DNA of 64,000 bases, taken from the IMG/VR virus record IMGVR_UViG_3300037357_000283, one strand, 5' to 3'. This DNA comes from an uncultured virus (IMG/VR IMGVR_UViG_3300037357_000283). Lineage: Duplodnaviria; Heunggongvirae; Uroviricota; Caudoviricetes. This document shows positions 55,876 through 64,000 of this stretch, piece after piece. The position numbers and the translations under genes are program-made. Numbering within the stretch: the first letter of the stretch is position 1; each line of letters starts with the position of its first letter. Under the pieces are notes generated by a model. It did no database searches. It saw nothing but the letters and a program-made list of their open reading frames with translations, and was not told where the DNA came from.

Positions 55876-58710
55876 ATGTCCCAATACACTGTTCCTTCTG
55901 TTAACATCAGCCAAGACTTTCAGGAATCCCCCAACGTTGCAGCGCCTACTCTGAGCGCTTACGTCTGCGGCGGAGTCGTGCAAGCGATTCGTTTCGCTGA
56001 GCCAACTGAGCAGCCTTTGGGTGCCTTGGGTGCTTACAACCCGGATGTTCCAACCAGTTACGTCTGGCCCAATCGACAGGCAGGCGGCCTGGTTGATCCA
56101 ACCTCGGTCCAGCTGTGGGTGAATAACGCCATCCTCAACTATTACAGCGGGGCCGGCGCCGGGGTTAAAGTCATCAATGGCCTCAACAAGATCCGTATCG
56201 GGGCACTAAATCTTGCGACCAATGGAAGCTTTACCCGTAACGCTGTTTTTGGCGATCGCGATGTCGCCCCCGGTGATGTCGTGCAGGCGACTTTTGCGAC
56301 CTCCCCGCCGGTAACCGTATGGAGCACGGTGCAGAGCCTCCTTGGCGATGCCGTGGCTTCAGCGCTCGGCACAACCACTAAAGATAGCGGCAATAACGCG
56401 ACGACCGCCGCGGCGACTTCCTTCGGGCAGACGAGTGGTCCGATCAATGCGGTTGAAATTGCCTCCGCTTCGGCGACGGCGTACAACCCGTATCTGACCG
56501 GACGGGGTCATGAGACCTACACGATCATCGTGACCAGTTCCTCAATGAACGGGAATTTTCCTCTCGCCCGTCTGCAGGTCATCTCGGCGTCAGGGCTCGA
56601 TAACCAAGCTAGTGTTACGCCAGCAGCCCACGGCTCTCCAACGGCTATCGGTACGCTAGGGGCGACCGTAACTTTCACCGCTGGTCGCGGTTCGGGATAT
56701 TCCCTGGATGCCACCGAGGAAGGGCTCAGTCCCGATGATCTGCTCGCTGGGCAGACTTTCACGCTTACCGTAACCGCGACTTTCACCGCAATTGCGGCGC
56801 CAACAGTCAGTGGAACTTATACAGGTACGGATAGCACGACTTATATCGTTACTGTGTCCAAAGGAAACAAGTACGCGACTGCCCCGGCACAGATCACGGT
56901 GACGACCATTGATGGTTCAGATATCAGTGGTCCGACCAACGTTACCGCAGCGGCAACGCCCGTAGTGATTGGTAATTTTGGCGTCAGTATTACTTTTGCC
57001 GGCCTGGGTTTGGCTTTGGGGGATCGCTTTTATGTGCCTGTGACGGCGGCAGGCACAGGCCAGTTGCGGACCTTGGTGCTCGGCAACACGATTCCGTCGT
57101 CCATCCCTGATGGAACGGTGGCCGACATCTCGTTGTATATTCTTGAACCAACGGCACAGATCAATATCGATCGCCTGGAAGCGCCGCCTCTGACCAATTA
57201 CGCGAGCAGCACTACGCAGATCACAGTCCCGACCGGGGTTACTTTGTATACTCCCAGCTGGACGGTCGATGGGATTCCTGAACCATTGCCGCTGGCTAGT
57301 GGTCCCGGCTATGGCAATTTGTTTGTTCAATACACCGCCTGGTTGCCTAACGTCTCGGGAACGGTCAGCACGCCCGCGGATCTGGCTAATCTCCCTGGGC
57401 CACTTGATCCGATTAACCCTCTTAAGTGGGCTTTGGCGCAGGCCCTGACCAACTCCAACGGTGTGCCGGTTTACTATCAAAGCGTCACCGATCCAACGAA
57501 TGTCGATGATTGGCAGGCTGTGCTCAGTATTCTGGAGACCACGGATGGCCCCTACGGCCTTGTACCGTTGACGCACAACACGACCGTACTCGATCTGTTT
57601 GAAGCTTATATCAACACAGAGTCTTCATCCGCCAACAACCGCTGGTGTGTTTTGTGGGCTTCGTTATCTGGCTTGCCTACCGTGCCGATTGTCTCTGCCG
57701 GTAGTACGGTGCCGGGCTATCTCGCGGCAACGACCAGCGACGGTAACGTGGCTCTGGCTACGGTCGTTAATAATCCCAACGAAGTCGGCACGAATTACAC
57801 GATGGTGACAGTGACCTCCGGGAACGCCGTGTTTACCACCAACAACGTGCAGGCCGGGGATATTCTGCGCATCAATTTTACGACCGACGGTTTTGGTGAT
57901 GTTGGCTACTCTGAATATGTCGTTGATTCGGTGCTGACGCAGGAAACCCTTATTCTGCTGGCTGGCCCGGCTGCGGCCATTAATGTCGCCAGCAAGATCG
58001 AAGTCTGGCGGAATCTCTCGGCCGACGCTGAAGCCGCTGCCATCGGGCAGGTCGCTGCCGCTTATGCTAATCGCCGTGTCCGTGCCGTCTGGCCCGATAC
58101 GATCAATACCGGGACAACGGTCATGGATGGTTTCCATCTCTGCGCTGCTCTGGCGGGGCTTCGCTCGGGTGTCTTGCCGCAGCAAGGTCTTACCCGCGTG
58201 CCGGTACAGGGCTTCACGTCGGTTCCGCGGACAACGCAGCACTTTAACCGGTCGCAGTTGGACGTGATGGCCGGTAGTGGGGTCTGGATTGTCACCCAGA
58301 ACGCGGCGGGAACGATCTACAACCGCCACGCGGTAACCACCGGGCCTTATTCGGATATCAACCAGCGCGAGGAAATGGTTACCAGCAACGTTGACAGCAT
58401 TTGTCAGCAGCTTCTGGAGCTGTTTAACCCTTATATTGGGTTGACCAACGTCACGGCCAATCTGATCGGCGTATTGCGGTTGGATATCCTAGCCCTCAGT
58501 GCGGTATTGACCAACGCCAGCACGACGCCGTTGCTGGGTGGGCAATTGACCAGTGATATCGTTATCTTGAGCCTGCAGCAGAGCCCGCTGCAGGCGGATC
58601 ACATTCAGTTCAGCGCCCAATTACCGCTGCCGGCGCCTTTCAATAACGCAGACGTCGATCTATTAATCAGTACCCAGCTGAACACGACGGCGACAGTTGC
58701 AGCGACGTAA
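55876..58710 (+). CDS. Tail sheath protein
   Basis: 944 aa; YTVPSVNISQ start, CAALAGLR and C-terminal PAPFNNADV; precedes the tube gene. Confidence 0.8.
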   Translation: MSQYTVPSVNISQDFQESPNVAAPTLSAYVCGGVVQAIRFAEPTEQPLGALGAYNPDVPTSYVWPNRQAGGLVDPTSVQLWVNNAILNYYSGAGAGVKVINGLNKIRIGALNLATNGSFTRNAVFGDRDVAPGDVVQATFATSPPVTVWSTVQSLLGDAVASALGTTTKDSGNNATTAAATSFGQTSGPINAVEIASASATAYNPYLTGRGHETYTIIVTSSSMNGNFPLARLQVISASGLDNQASVTPAAHGSPTAIGTLGATVTFTAGRGSGYSLDATEEGLSPDDLLAGQTFTLTVTATFTAIAAPTVSGTYTGTDSTTYIVTVSKGNKYATAPAQITVTTIDGSDISGPTNVTAAATPVVIGNFGVSITFAGLGLALGDRFYVPVTAAGTGQLRTLVLGNTIPSSIPDGTVADISLYILEPTAQINIDRLEAPPLTNYASSTTQITVPTGVTLYTPSWTVDGIPEPLPLASGPGYGNLFVQYTAWLPNVSGTVSTPADLANLPGPLDPINPLKWALAQALTNSNGVPVYYQSVTDPTNVDDWQAVLSILETTDGPYGLVPLTHNTTVLDLFEAYINTESSSANNRWCVLWASLSGLPTVPIVSAGSTVPGYLAATTSDGNVALATVVNNPNEVGTNYTMVTVTSGNAVFTTNNVQAGDILRINFTTDGFGDVGYSEYVVDSVLTQETLILLAGPAAAINVASKIEVWRNLSADAEAAAIGQVAAAYANRRVRAVWPDTINTGTTVMDGFHLCAALAGLRSGVLPQQGLTRVPVQGFTSVPRTTQHFNRSQLDVMAGSGVWIVTQNAAGTIYNRHAVTTGPYSDINQREEMVTSNVDSICQQLLELFNPYIGLTNVTANLIGVLRLDILALSAVLTNASTTPLLGGQLTSDIVILSLQQSPLQADHIQFSAQLPLPAPFNNADVDLLISTQLNTTATVAAT

Positions 58711-58834
58711 TTTGTAGTGGGATATCGCCGGCGTTCGAGCGATATCTTAACTGCGGGATCAGAATCGAACGCGCGATGGCCGTTTTGTTGGAATTTAACC
58801 ACGATCAGAATAGCGGACAGGAGGTCCGCAAGTC

Positions 58835-59380
58835 ATGGCAACCGACATTTTCTCACGCGATACCAGTGTTTTAGGCGGAGTCTTTACGTCTGATCGTGCC
58901 AAATTGTTCTTTGGCTCCGGCCTGGGGATCGGACAAATAGTACAGCAGATGCAGGTCTCGTACAGTCAAAGCGTTACCCGACTGTACGAGGTTGGTTCGA
59001 ACTACATCTACTACGTCGGTGGCCGCACACAGGGGCAGATGGCGATCTCCAGAGTCATTGGCCCTGCCGGCACAATGATTGCTTTCTACCAGACCTTTGG
59101 CGACGTCTGTAACGCCAAGAACAACATCATCAACATGCAGCTTGCCGAGACGGATTGTTCCCAGGGGGGTGCCACCGGTACGAACAACTTCGACCTGGCT
59201 AATTGCGTGGTCACCGTCGTTGGCTTCGCCGTGCAGAGCCAGGACATGATGATCAGCGAAAGTACGACCCTGATGTTTAGTTCGCTGTCGGTTACGGTTA
59301 CCGGCAACGGCACTGTAACGGCTGCGCCGGTCGGTGGCGCTGGAACCGCCAACAGCGCGTTCCAGACCGCTGCAGCTTAA
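58835..59380 (+). CDS. Tail tube protein
   Basis: 181 aa, after the sheath; RLYEVGS pattern. Confidence 0.7.
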   Translation: MATDIFSRDTSVLGGVFTSDRAKLFFGSGLGIGQIVQQMQVSYSQSVTRLYEVGSNYIYYVGGRTQGQMAISRVIGPAGTMIAFYQTFGDVCNAKNNIINMQLAETDCSQGGATGTNNFDLANCVVTVVGFAVQSQDMMISESTTLMFSSLSVTVTGNGTVTAAPVGGAGTANSAFQTAAA

Positions 59381-59418
59381 TTTGCCGGTTGTTAATCTTC
59401 ACGGCATGATGGGCCACC

Positions 59419-62124
59419 ATGGCCGACAATAATAATGATTTCACGGTTGTTCGCGATGGTCGTATTGATGATGTCGTAGAACACGTCCACGCTAGTGACC
59501 GCCTGGGACAAAGCCGTAATGCCCCGGTAAGCGATACTTCCCGGGGCATCGCCGCAGAAACCGGTCACGCTTCTTTCGGTAATCGTCTGCTGACTGGCCA
59601 CATTGTCTTTGCCTTGCCCAATCTCAACTGGTATCGCGTGCAGATGGACGGCACCGGGGCAGTCATTCCTTGTTTCTCTTTGATCGAATGTGGCGGAACG
59701 CCACTGGGTCCGCGCCCGACCGGTACGACTCCGCCACGGACCAGTGTTGTTATTCATCTCGACCCCGTGCGCCAGCAGGGCATGATTATCGGCATCATCC
59801 CGCCCCTGCTGGCCGATATGTATGCTGCAGCGCCCGATGTCATTCACCAAGCCTCCGGCGCCGGCCTCAGCCGCGAGAAGGTCTATAACGCGGTCTTCAC
59901 TCAGTTTCGCGAAGGAGGGACCCAGCACCGCGGAGCTAATCGACCCCTTGATTCCACCAGTCTCGAGTGGGGTCGCATCTGTGAAACGGGAACGATGATT
60001 CATCTCGATCCGTTTCTGATTACGTTGCGGGTTAACGAACTTTGCGGGCTCTGGTTGCATTATCATGACGATTTTCTGCGTATGGCCGCGTGGAATCACG
60101 ACTGTTTCACGGCGACGCACAGCTTGGCGATTCGGCACGATGAGGGTGAAAACCACCTGATCGAAGAGCATTACGTTTATCCGTGGGAAGGCTCGGGGTT
60201 GTACGGTGCGCCGGGGACAAACCTTACAACGGCGTTCGACCCGAAAGAGGTTCAATACAGCGGAGAAAAAAGCTACGTTGATTTGCCCGATGGCGCTGAA
60301 GATCTTAAGCCGATTCCGCGTTACACACGCTACGGGGGTTATCTTGGCCAGGGTGAACACCAACTGGTCAGCGTACCGGGTAAATCTAGTGGCCAGCGTA
60401 AAGCCAGCGATGATCCAACCCAATCTCCCGATATCGGAGTCTTCGAGGAGTTTACCGGACTCGATGGCACGCACGCGGTGCGATCAGCCAAACAACTCAT
60501 CCGGATGAAGTATTCCCTGATTCCGGTTCCCTTTCAGAAGTTGCCTCCGGAGGACCCGACCGGAGATGACGCGACAACGAATAACTATCGTTTCAGTAGT
60601 CAGTTTGGGCACGGTCCGCCGCACAAGGTCAGTGACATCAAGATCACGGCGCCGACCGATGCCCGTCAGCTTCTCCGCGCCGCGGGGATTCTTGATTTCC
60701 TGGCTTATGCTTTTAATTGGCAGGGGCTGCATCCCTTCTATTACCACACCAAAGATTTCGCGGTTATTGATGAGAGCAAGCTGGCCGGGGCTACAGCGCT
60801 TGGGCCAGCGCAGGAGAAGTTAAACTTTCAGACGCTGACAAGTCAATCCAATCTCCCCGACGCGACGGCGCAATCGATTAATGTCGATCAACGTTACGGC
60901 GCGGTTACCTATACCCAACGTATCAGTTACGACGTCATGGCAGAAGACGGCAGCTTGATTCGCGGCGACGGTAGTGGTTGCGAAGAGCTGATGATCGGGG
61001 GAACGACCAAGTACACCATGCCTGGTGATTTTGTGGTTCAAGCGGGGCGGCGAATTATCCTCATGGCTGATGACATCATTTTTCGCTCCAGGAAGTCTGT
61101 TGATATCAGCGGAGGCACCGGCGATGTGCATATTAAAGCCGAGAAGAACTTGCAGCTGTTGTCAAACAGCGGTGGCGTTCTGGTGCAGAGCAATACACCT
61201 TTTGCCGGGCAATACACCAGCGCCGGCGGCGCAGCGCTGGTCGGCGAAAATGTCATCAGCGGGGGTATTGTTTTTAAGAGCCCCTCGGTGATCAGCTGGG
61301 CATCCCAGATCTATTTGCGAACTGGCGGTGGGCCTTTTAGTAATGGAAACATCACCATCGACGCTGGTGCCGGTAATGGTGATGTTGTGACTAAGGCAGA
61401 CACGCGCGTCGATTTCTTGGTTGATGGAAGCTACCTCTACATTGGCAATCTTGGCGCGCCTACCAAGACAACGCATATTTTTTCAGGTGGTGGTGTTGTT
61501 CTGGATGCCGAGACCGTTATCAATGGCGAGACTGTGATCCTGGGTAATATTGCCCAGCAGGGATACATGGAGAACACCGCTGGATTTGGTTCTGCCGTTG
61601 CCCAGGTTACGGGTGGGCTTATCGGGCAGATTCTGGACATCAATGGGTTTACTGCGGCTTTGCAGTCTGAGCTGTCGGGGGTCAATGGAACTAATAAAAC
61701 TGGTGACACGGCCGCAACGCAGATGATCACCAACCAGTTTTATAAAGCTGGGCAGGCGGGAAACTCGGCGGTAATTACCGCCGCTGGATTCAGCTTCCGC
61801 GATGATGCACTCGGATCGCAGTACGGTACGGCGAATTTCGTCATGATCGAGCCGCGCTGGCAGGCTATGGTTCGGATGAACATGGCCAGCGGTGGAATTC
61901 CCTGGAGTGAGCCTGCGGTTCATTACCAGAACCTTGAGTTGCTGCCTTACCCCGGCAATAAAGCGTGGAATGGGCCGACCTTGCTGCAGCTTTCATCGCT
62001 GCAGATGTTTGACATCCAGGGCTTTGCCAAGGATCGCGCCAGTGCCATTTATGCATCACCAGCGCTGGGCGCGGCCAACCCCGTGACACCTGCGGGTAAT
62101 TTCCTTACACTGGCGAACGCATAA
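59419..62124 (+). CDS. Putative baseplate hub/spike (VgrG/gp5-like) protein
   Basis: OB-fold-like N-terminus and beta-helix-like stretch; position. Confidence 0.55.
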   Translation: MADNNNDFTVVRDGRIDDVVEHVHASDRLGQSRNAPVSDTSRGIAAETGHASFGNRLLTGHIVFALPNLNWYRVQMDGTGAVIPCFSLIECGGTPLGPRPTGTTPPRTSVVIHLDPVRQQGMIIGIIPPLLADMYAAAPDVIHQASGAGLSREKVYNAVFTQFREGGTQHRGANRPLDSTSLEWGRICETGTMIHLDPFLITLRVNELCGLWLHYHDDFLRMAAWNHDCFTATHSLAIRHDEGENHLIEEHYVYPWEGSGLYGAPGTNLTTAFDPKEVQYSGEKSYVDLPDGAEDLKPIPRYTRYGGYLGQGEHQLVSVPGKSSGQRKASDDPTQSPDIGVFEEFTGLDGTHAVRSAKQLIRMKYSLIPVPFQKLPPEDPTGDDATTNNYRFSSQFGHGPPHKVSDIKITAPTDARQLLRAAGILDFLAYAFNWQGLHPFYYHTKDFAVIDESKLAGATALGPAQEKLNFQTLTSQSNLPDATAQSINVDQRYGAVTYTQRISYDVMAEDGSLIRGDGSGCEELMIGGTTKYTMPGDFVVQAGRRIILMADDIIFRSRKSVDISGGTGDVHIKAEKNLQLLSNSGGVLVQSNTPFAGQYTSAGGAALVGENVISGGIVFKSPSVISWASQIYLRTGGGPFSNGNITIDAGAGNGDVVTKADTRVDFLVDGSYLYIGNLGAPTKTTHIFSGGGVVLDAETVINGETVILGNIAQQGYMENTAGFGSAVAQVTGGLIGQILDINGFTAALQSELSGVNGTNKTGDTAATQMITNQFYKAGQAGNSAVITAAGFSFRDDALGSQYGTANFVMIEPRWQAMVRMNMASGGIPWSEPAVHYQNLELLPYPGNKAWNGPTLLQLSSLQMFDIQGFAKDRASAIYASPALGAANPVTPAGNFLTLANA

Positions 62125-62154
62125 TCCAAATCGGCTTTAACACGGAGGTTTTCG

Positions 62155-63231
62155 GTGCCGTCTATTAAACTCAATCGTGCTCCGGTTGCTCCCCCGGTCG
62201 GATATCCGCTGCAGTCCAGCTTGCCGCTTCCGCTTGCTGAAACCAATGAAGCACAGCGGCGGGCATTACCCCTGACCGCTGGTGTTGTTTATCAGCGCGA
62301 GGGTGGAGCTATGTTACCGGTGGCTAATCCGCCGCCAGAAACCGCAGATACGGTCGTTGCGATGCAGCAAGACGTCGCGGCGGGACGATCTATTCTTCCC
62401 GTACCGCTGAACACGCCCAAGGTTAAGCTGACTCCGGTGGATATCGGACAATTGAATGCCAGTCAGCAACGGAAATATCAGGAAGCGATTCATAGTGCAG
62501 TGGTTCCAGCGGCAGCCGCGCCGGTTATGCAACCGGCGCCTGTACCACAGTCCGCTCCTGTGCCACCATCGCGACCAATATCCGATGTTGCCCAGAAAGT
62601 GCTTACAGCAGAGAAATTCGATATCCCAACCGAAGAACCTGCGAGCCAGACGCCCGCAGCAATTGCGGCCGCGTCGGGGCTTAGCACGCTGACCCACTGT
62701 CCGCGTTGCCGGCATGATCTCAGTGCAGCTTTTCCCACCGAACCGACGCGCGAAGAAAAGCTTCTTTTTAAGGCAACGATGATGCTGGGGGACAATCAGC
62801 CATTCACCAAAATGTATTCCCGCATGAAGGGGGAAATGCAGATTACGTTCCGGTCTTTGACGGTCCAGGAAATTGACGCTTGTTTTGCTCAAGCGCAGAA
62901 AGATCTCGATGCTGGCCGGGCGACCAACATCATGGAGAAGATTGAGCGGATTCGCCGTTATCATACGTTTCTGCAGTTGCGCCGGCTCAAGACCACAATG
63001 AAGGACATCGCATTGCCTGCGGGTCTTGCGGGCTTCAATCACAATGCCGAGAAAGCCAACGACGTTTGGGAGACCACAACCGCCGAGCCGCTGTTGGAAG
63101 TCGAGAAGTACATTCTCGACGAGGTTCTGGCGACGGCGCCACTGGCCCGTATCGTGCAGGCCAGCTGGGACGAATTCAATCTGCTTTGTTCCAAGCTGGA
63201 AGCGATGGCCGCCGAGCCGGATTTTTGGTAG
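62155..63231 (+). CDS. Putative tail assembly chaperone (G-like)
   Basis: Ends at a slippery site ahead of the tape measure gene. Confidence 0.55.
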   Translation: MPSIKLNRAPVAPPVGYPLQSSLPLPLAETNEAQRRALPLTAGVVYQREGGAMLPVANPPPETADTVVAMQQDVAAGRSILPVPLNTPKVKLTPVDIGQLNASQQRKYQEAIHSAVVPAAAAPVMQPAPVPQSAPVPPSRPISDVAQKVLTAEKFDIPTEEPASQTPAAIAAASGLSTLTHCPRCRHDLSAAFPTEPTREEKLLFKATMMLGDNQPFTKMYSRMKGEMQITFRSLTVQEIDACFAQAQKDLDAGRATNIMEKIERIRRYHTFLQLRRLKTTMKDIALPAGLAGFNHNAEKANDVWETTTAEPLLEVEKYILDEVLATAPLARIVQASWDEFNLLCSKLEAMAAEPDFW

Positions 63232-63713
63232 GCGACCGGACGGCCGCCCTGATGGATCGGGCGGTGATGACCGGTCGCCTGGATTTCCGCAAAGCGCGTT
63301 GGGAAGATCCTGCCTGGATGCGTTACTACAACAGCGTCATGGCATTGCTGGAGAAAGAGACGCTGCAGGAAGCAACCGCGGCAGCGTATCCATTTCATCT
63401 CCTGCTTTCTCATCTTAAGAAGGATTTCCAGCCAGCGCAAGAGGGTTACTTCGATCTGATCGGTTATCTGCGCCCCTGGGAGGGTGAGAGTTTCAAGGCC
63501 CGCAAGCGCAACGAACTTCGCGATAGCCGGGAACTTTACAAGGCAACCTTCGGCGTTGATCCTGCTTCGCCGGAGTTCAAAGCCTTCGAAGCGGTGCAGA
63601 TTCGCCGCTGGCTGGCAGGTGAATTCAATAAAGTGGACGCTGCAGCAGACAACGAACACAAGATTCTCCAGCAGCGGCGAAATTGGAAGGGCAAGCCTCA
63701 GCGGCGACAATAG
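63219..63713 (+). CDS. -1 frameshift extension of the tail chaperone (T-like)
   Basis: Overlapping -1 frame, GGATTTT heptamer, downstream stem-loop. Confidence 0.55.
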   Translation, partial: GFLVGDRTAALMDRAVMTGRLDFRKARWEDPAWMRYYNSVMALLEKETLQEATAAAYPFHLLLSHLKKDFQPAQEGYFDLIGYLRPWEGESFKARKRNELRDSRELYKATFGVDPASPEFKAFEAVQIRRWLAGEFNKVDAAADNEHKILQQRRNWKGKPQRRQ

Positions 63714-63722
63714 AAAGTCACG

Positions 63723-64000
63723 ATGTCTTATCCAGATCCATACGGCGCAAGTGTAGTACAGCAAGTGCCATTATCCCTGCTGCCTCAGCTAAGCTGGGCA
63801 AATGGGAATCCCTATACCCCATTCGGCGGCATGGAGGGATTACTACCACCCGGTACTAATCCGGGTGTTGGCATGATGGCGATGATGGCGCAGAGCGCTG
63901 GGATGAGCCAAGCCGGACTATTCGCGGGAGGTCTTGGCGGCGGCAATATAGCCCAAATGATGGAAAGCCAGCAGACCTTCCGGTCCCAGATGGCTTTGCA
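63723..64000 (+). CDS. Probable tape measure protein, 3'-truncated
   Basis: Open to the window end; Gly/Ala/Met-rich; follows the chaperone pair. Confidence 0.45.
   Translation, partial: MSYPDPYGASVVQQVPLSLLPQLSWANGNPYTPFGGMEGLLPPGTNPGVGMMAMMAQSAGMSQAGLFAGGLGGGNIAQMMESQQTFRSQMAL

Noticed and set aside
59392..60474. Long antisense ORFs (59392-60474, 50394-51521, 19438-20235, 26692-27480)
   Set aside because: Shadows of well-supported genes on the opposite strand in GC-rich DNA
1..64000. Bacterial chromosomal rpoBC region or recoded genetic code
   Set aside because: The RNAP is highly diverged and embedded among phage head genes with no ribosomal genes nearby; standard-code ORFs tile the window densely

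Overview
This 64 kb window looks like part of a large (jumbo-type) contractile-tailed phage genome, with genes almost all on the + strand; the host is unknown. From left to right it contains: glycosyltransferase and radical-SAM genes, csrA, and a class II ribonucleotide reductase; a head module with a two-gene multisubunit RNA polymerase (beta fused to the N-half of beta', and a separate beta' C-half with an intein and extra domains), a probable prohead protease, scaffold and major capsid protein; an accessory region; then neck, sheath, tube, baseplate, frameshifted tail chaperone and the start of a probable tape measure gene. There are two tnpA-less TnpB elements and two small IS remnants. 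The most notable signal is seven dispersed copies of a ~115 nt structured RNA with covarying stems. It resembles a natural single-guide RNA: an anti-repeat looped to a 29 nt CRISPR-like repeat, followed by variable sequence. Three copies carry a second repeat. One 16 nt spacer matches a synonymous-codon variant of the neighbouring phage gene, which suggests RNA-guided targeting or homing against related phages. No cognate nuclease could be assigned in the window. All calls come from reading the sequence and recognising motifs; no searches were run.
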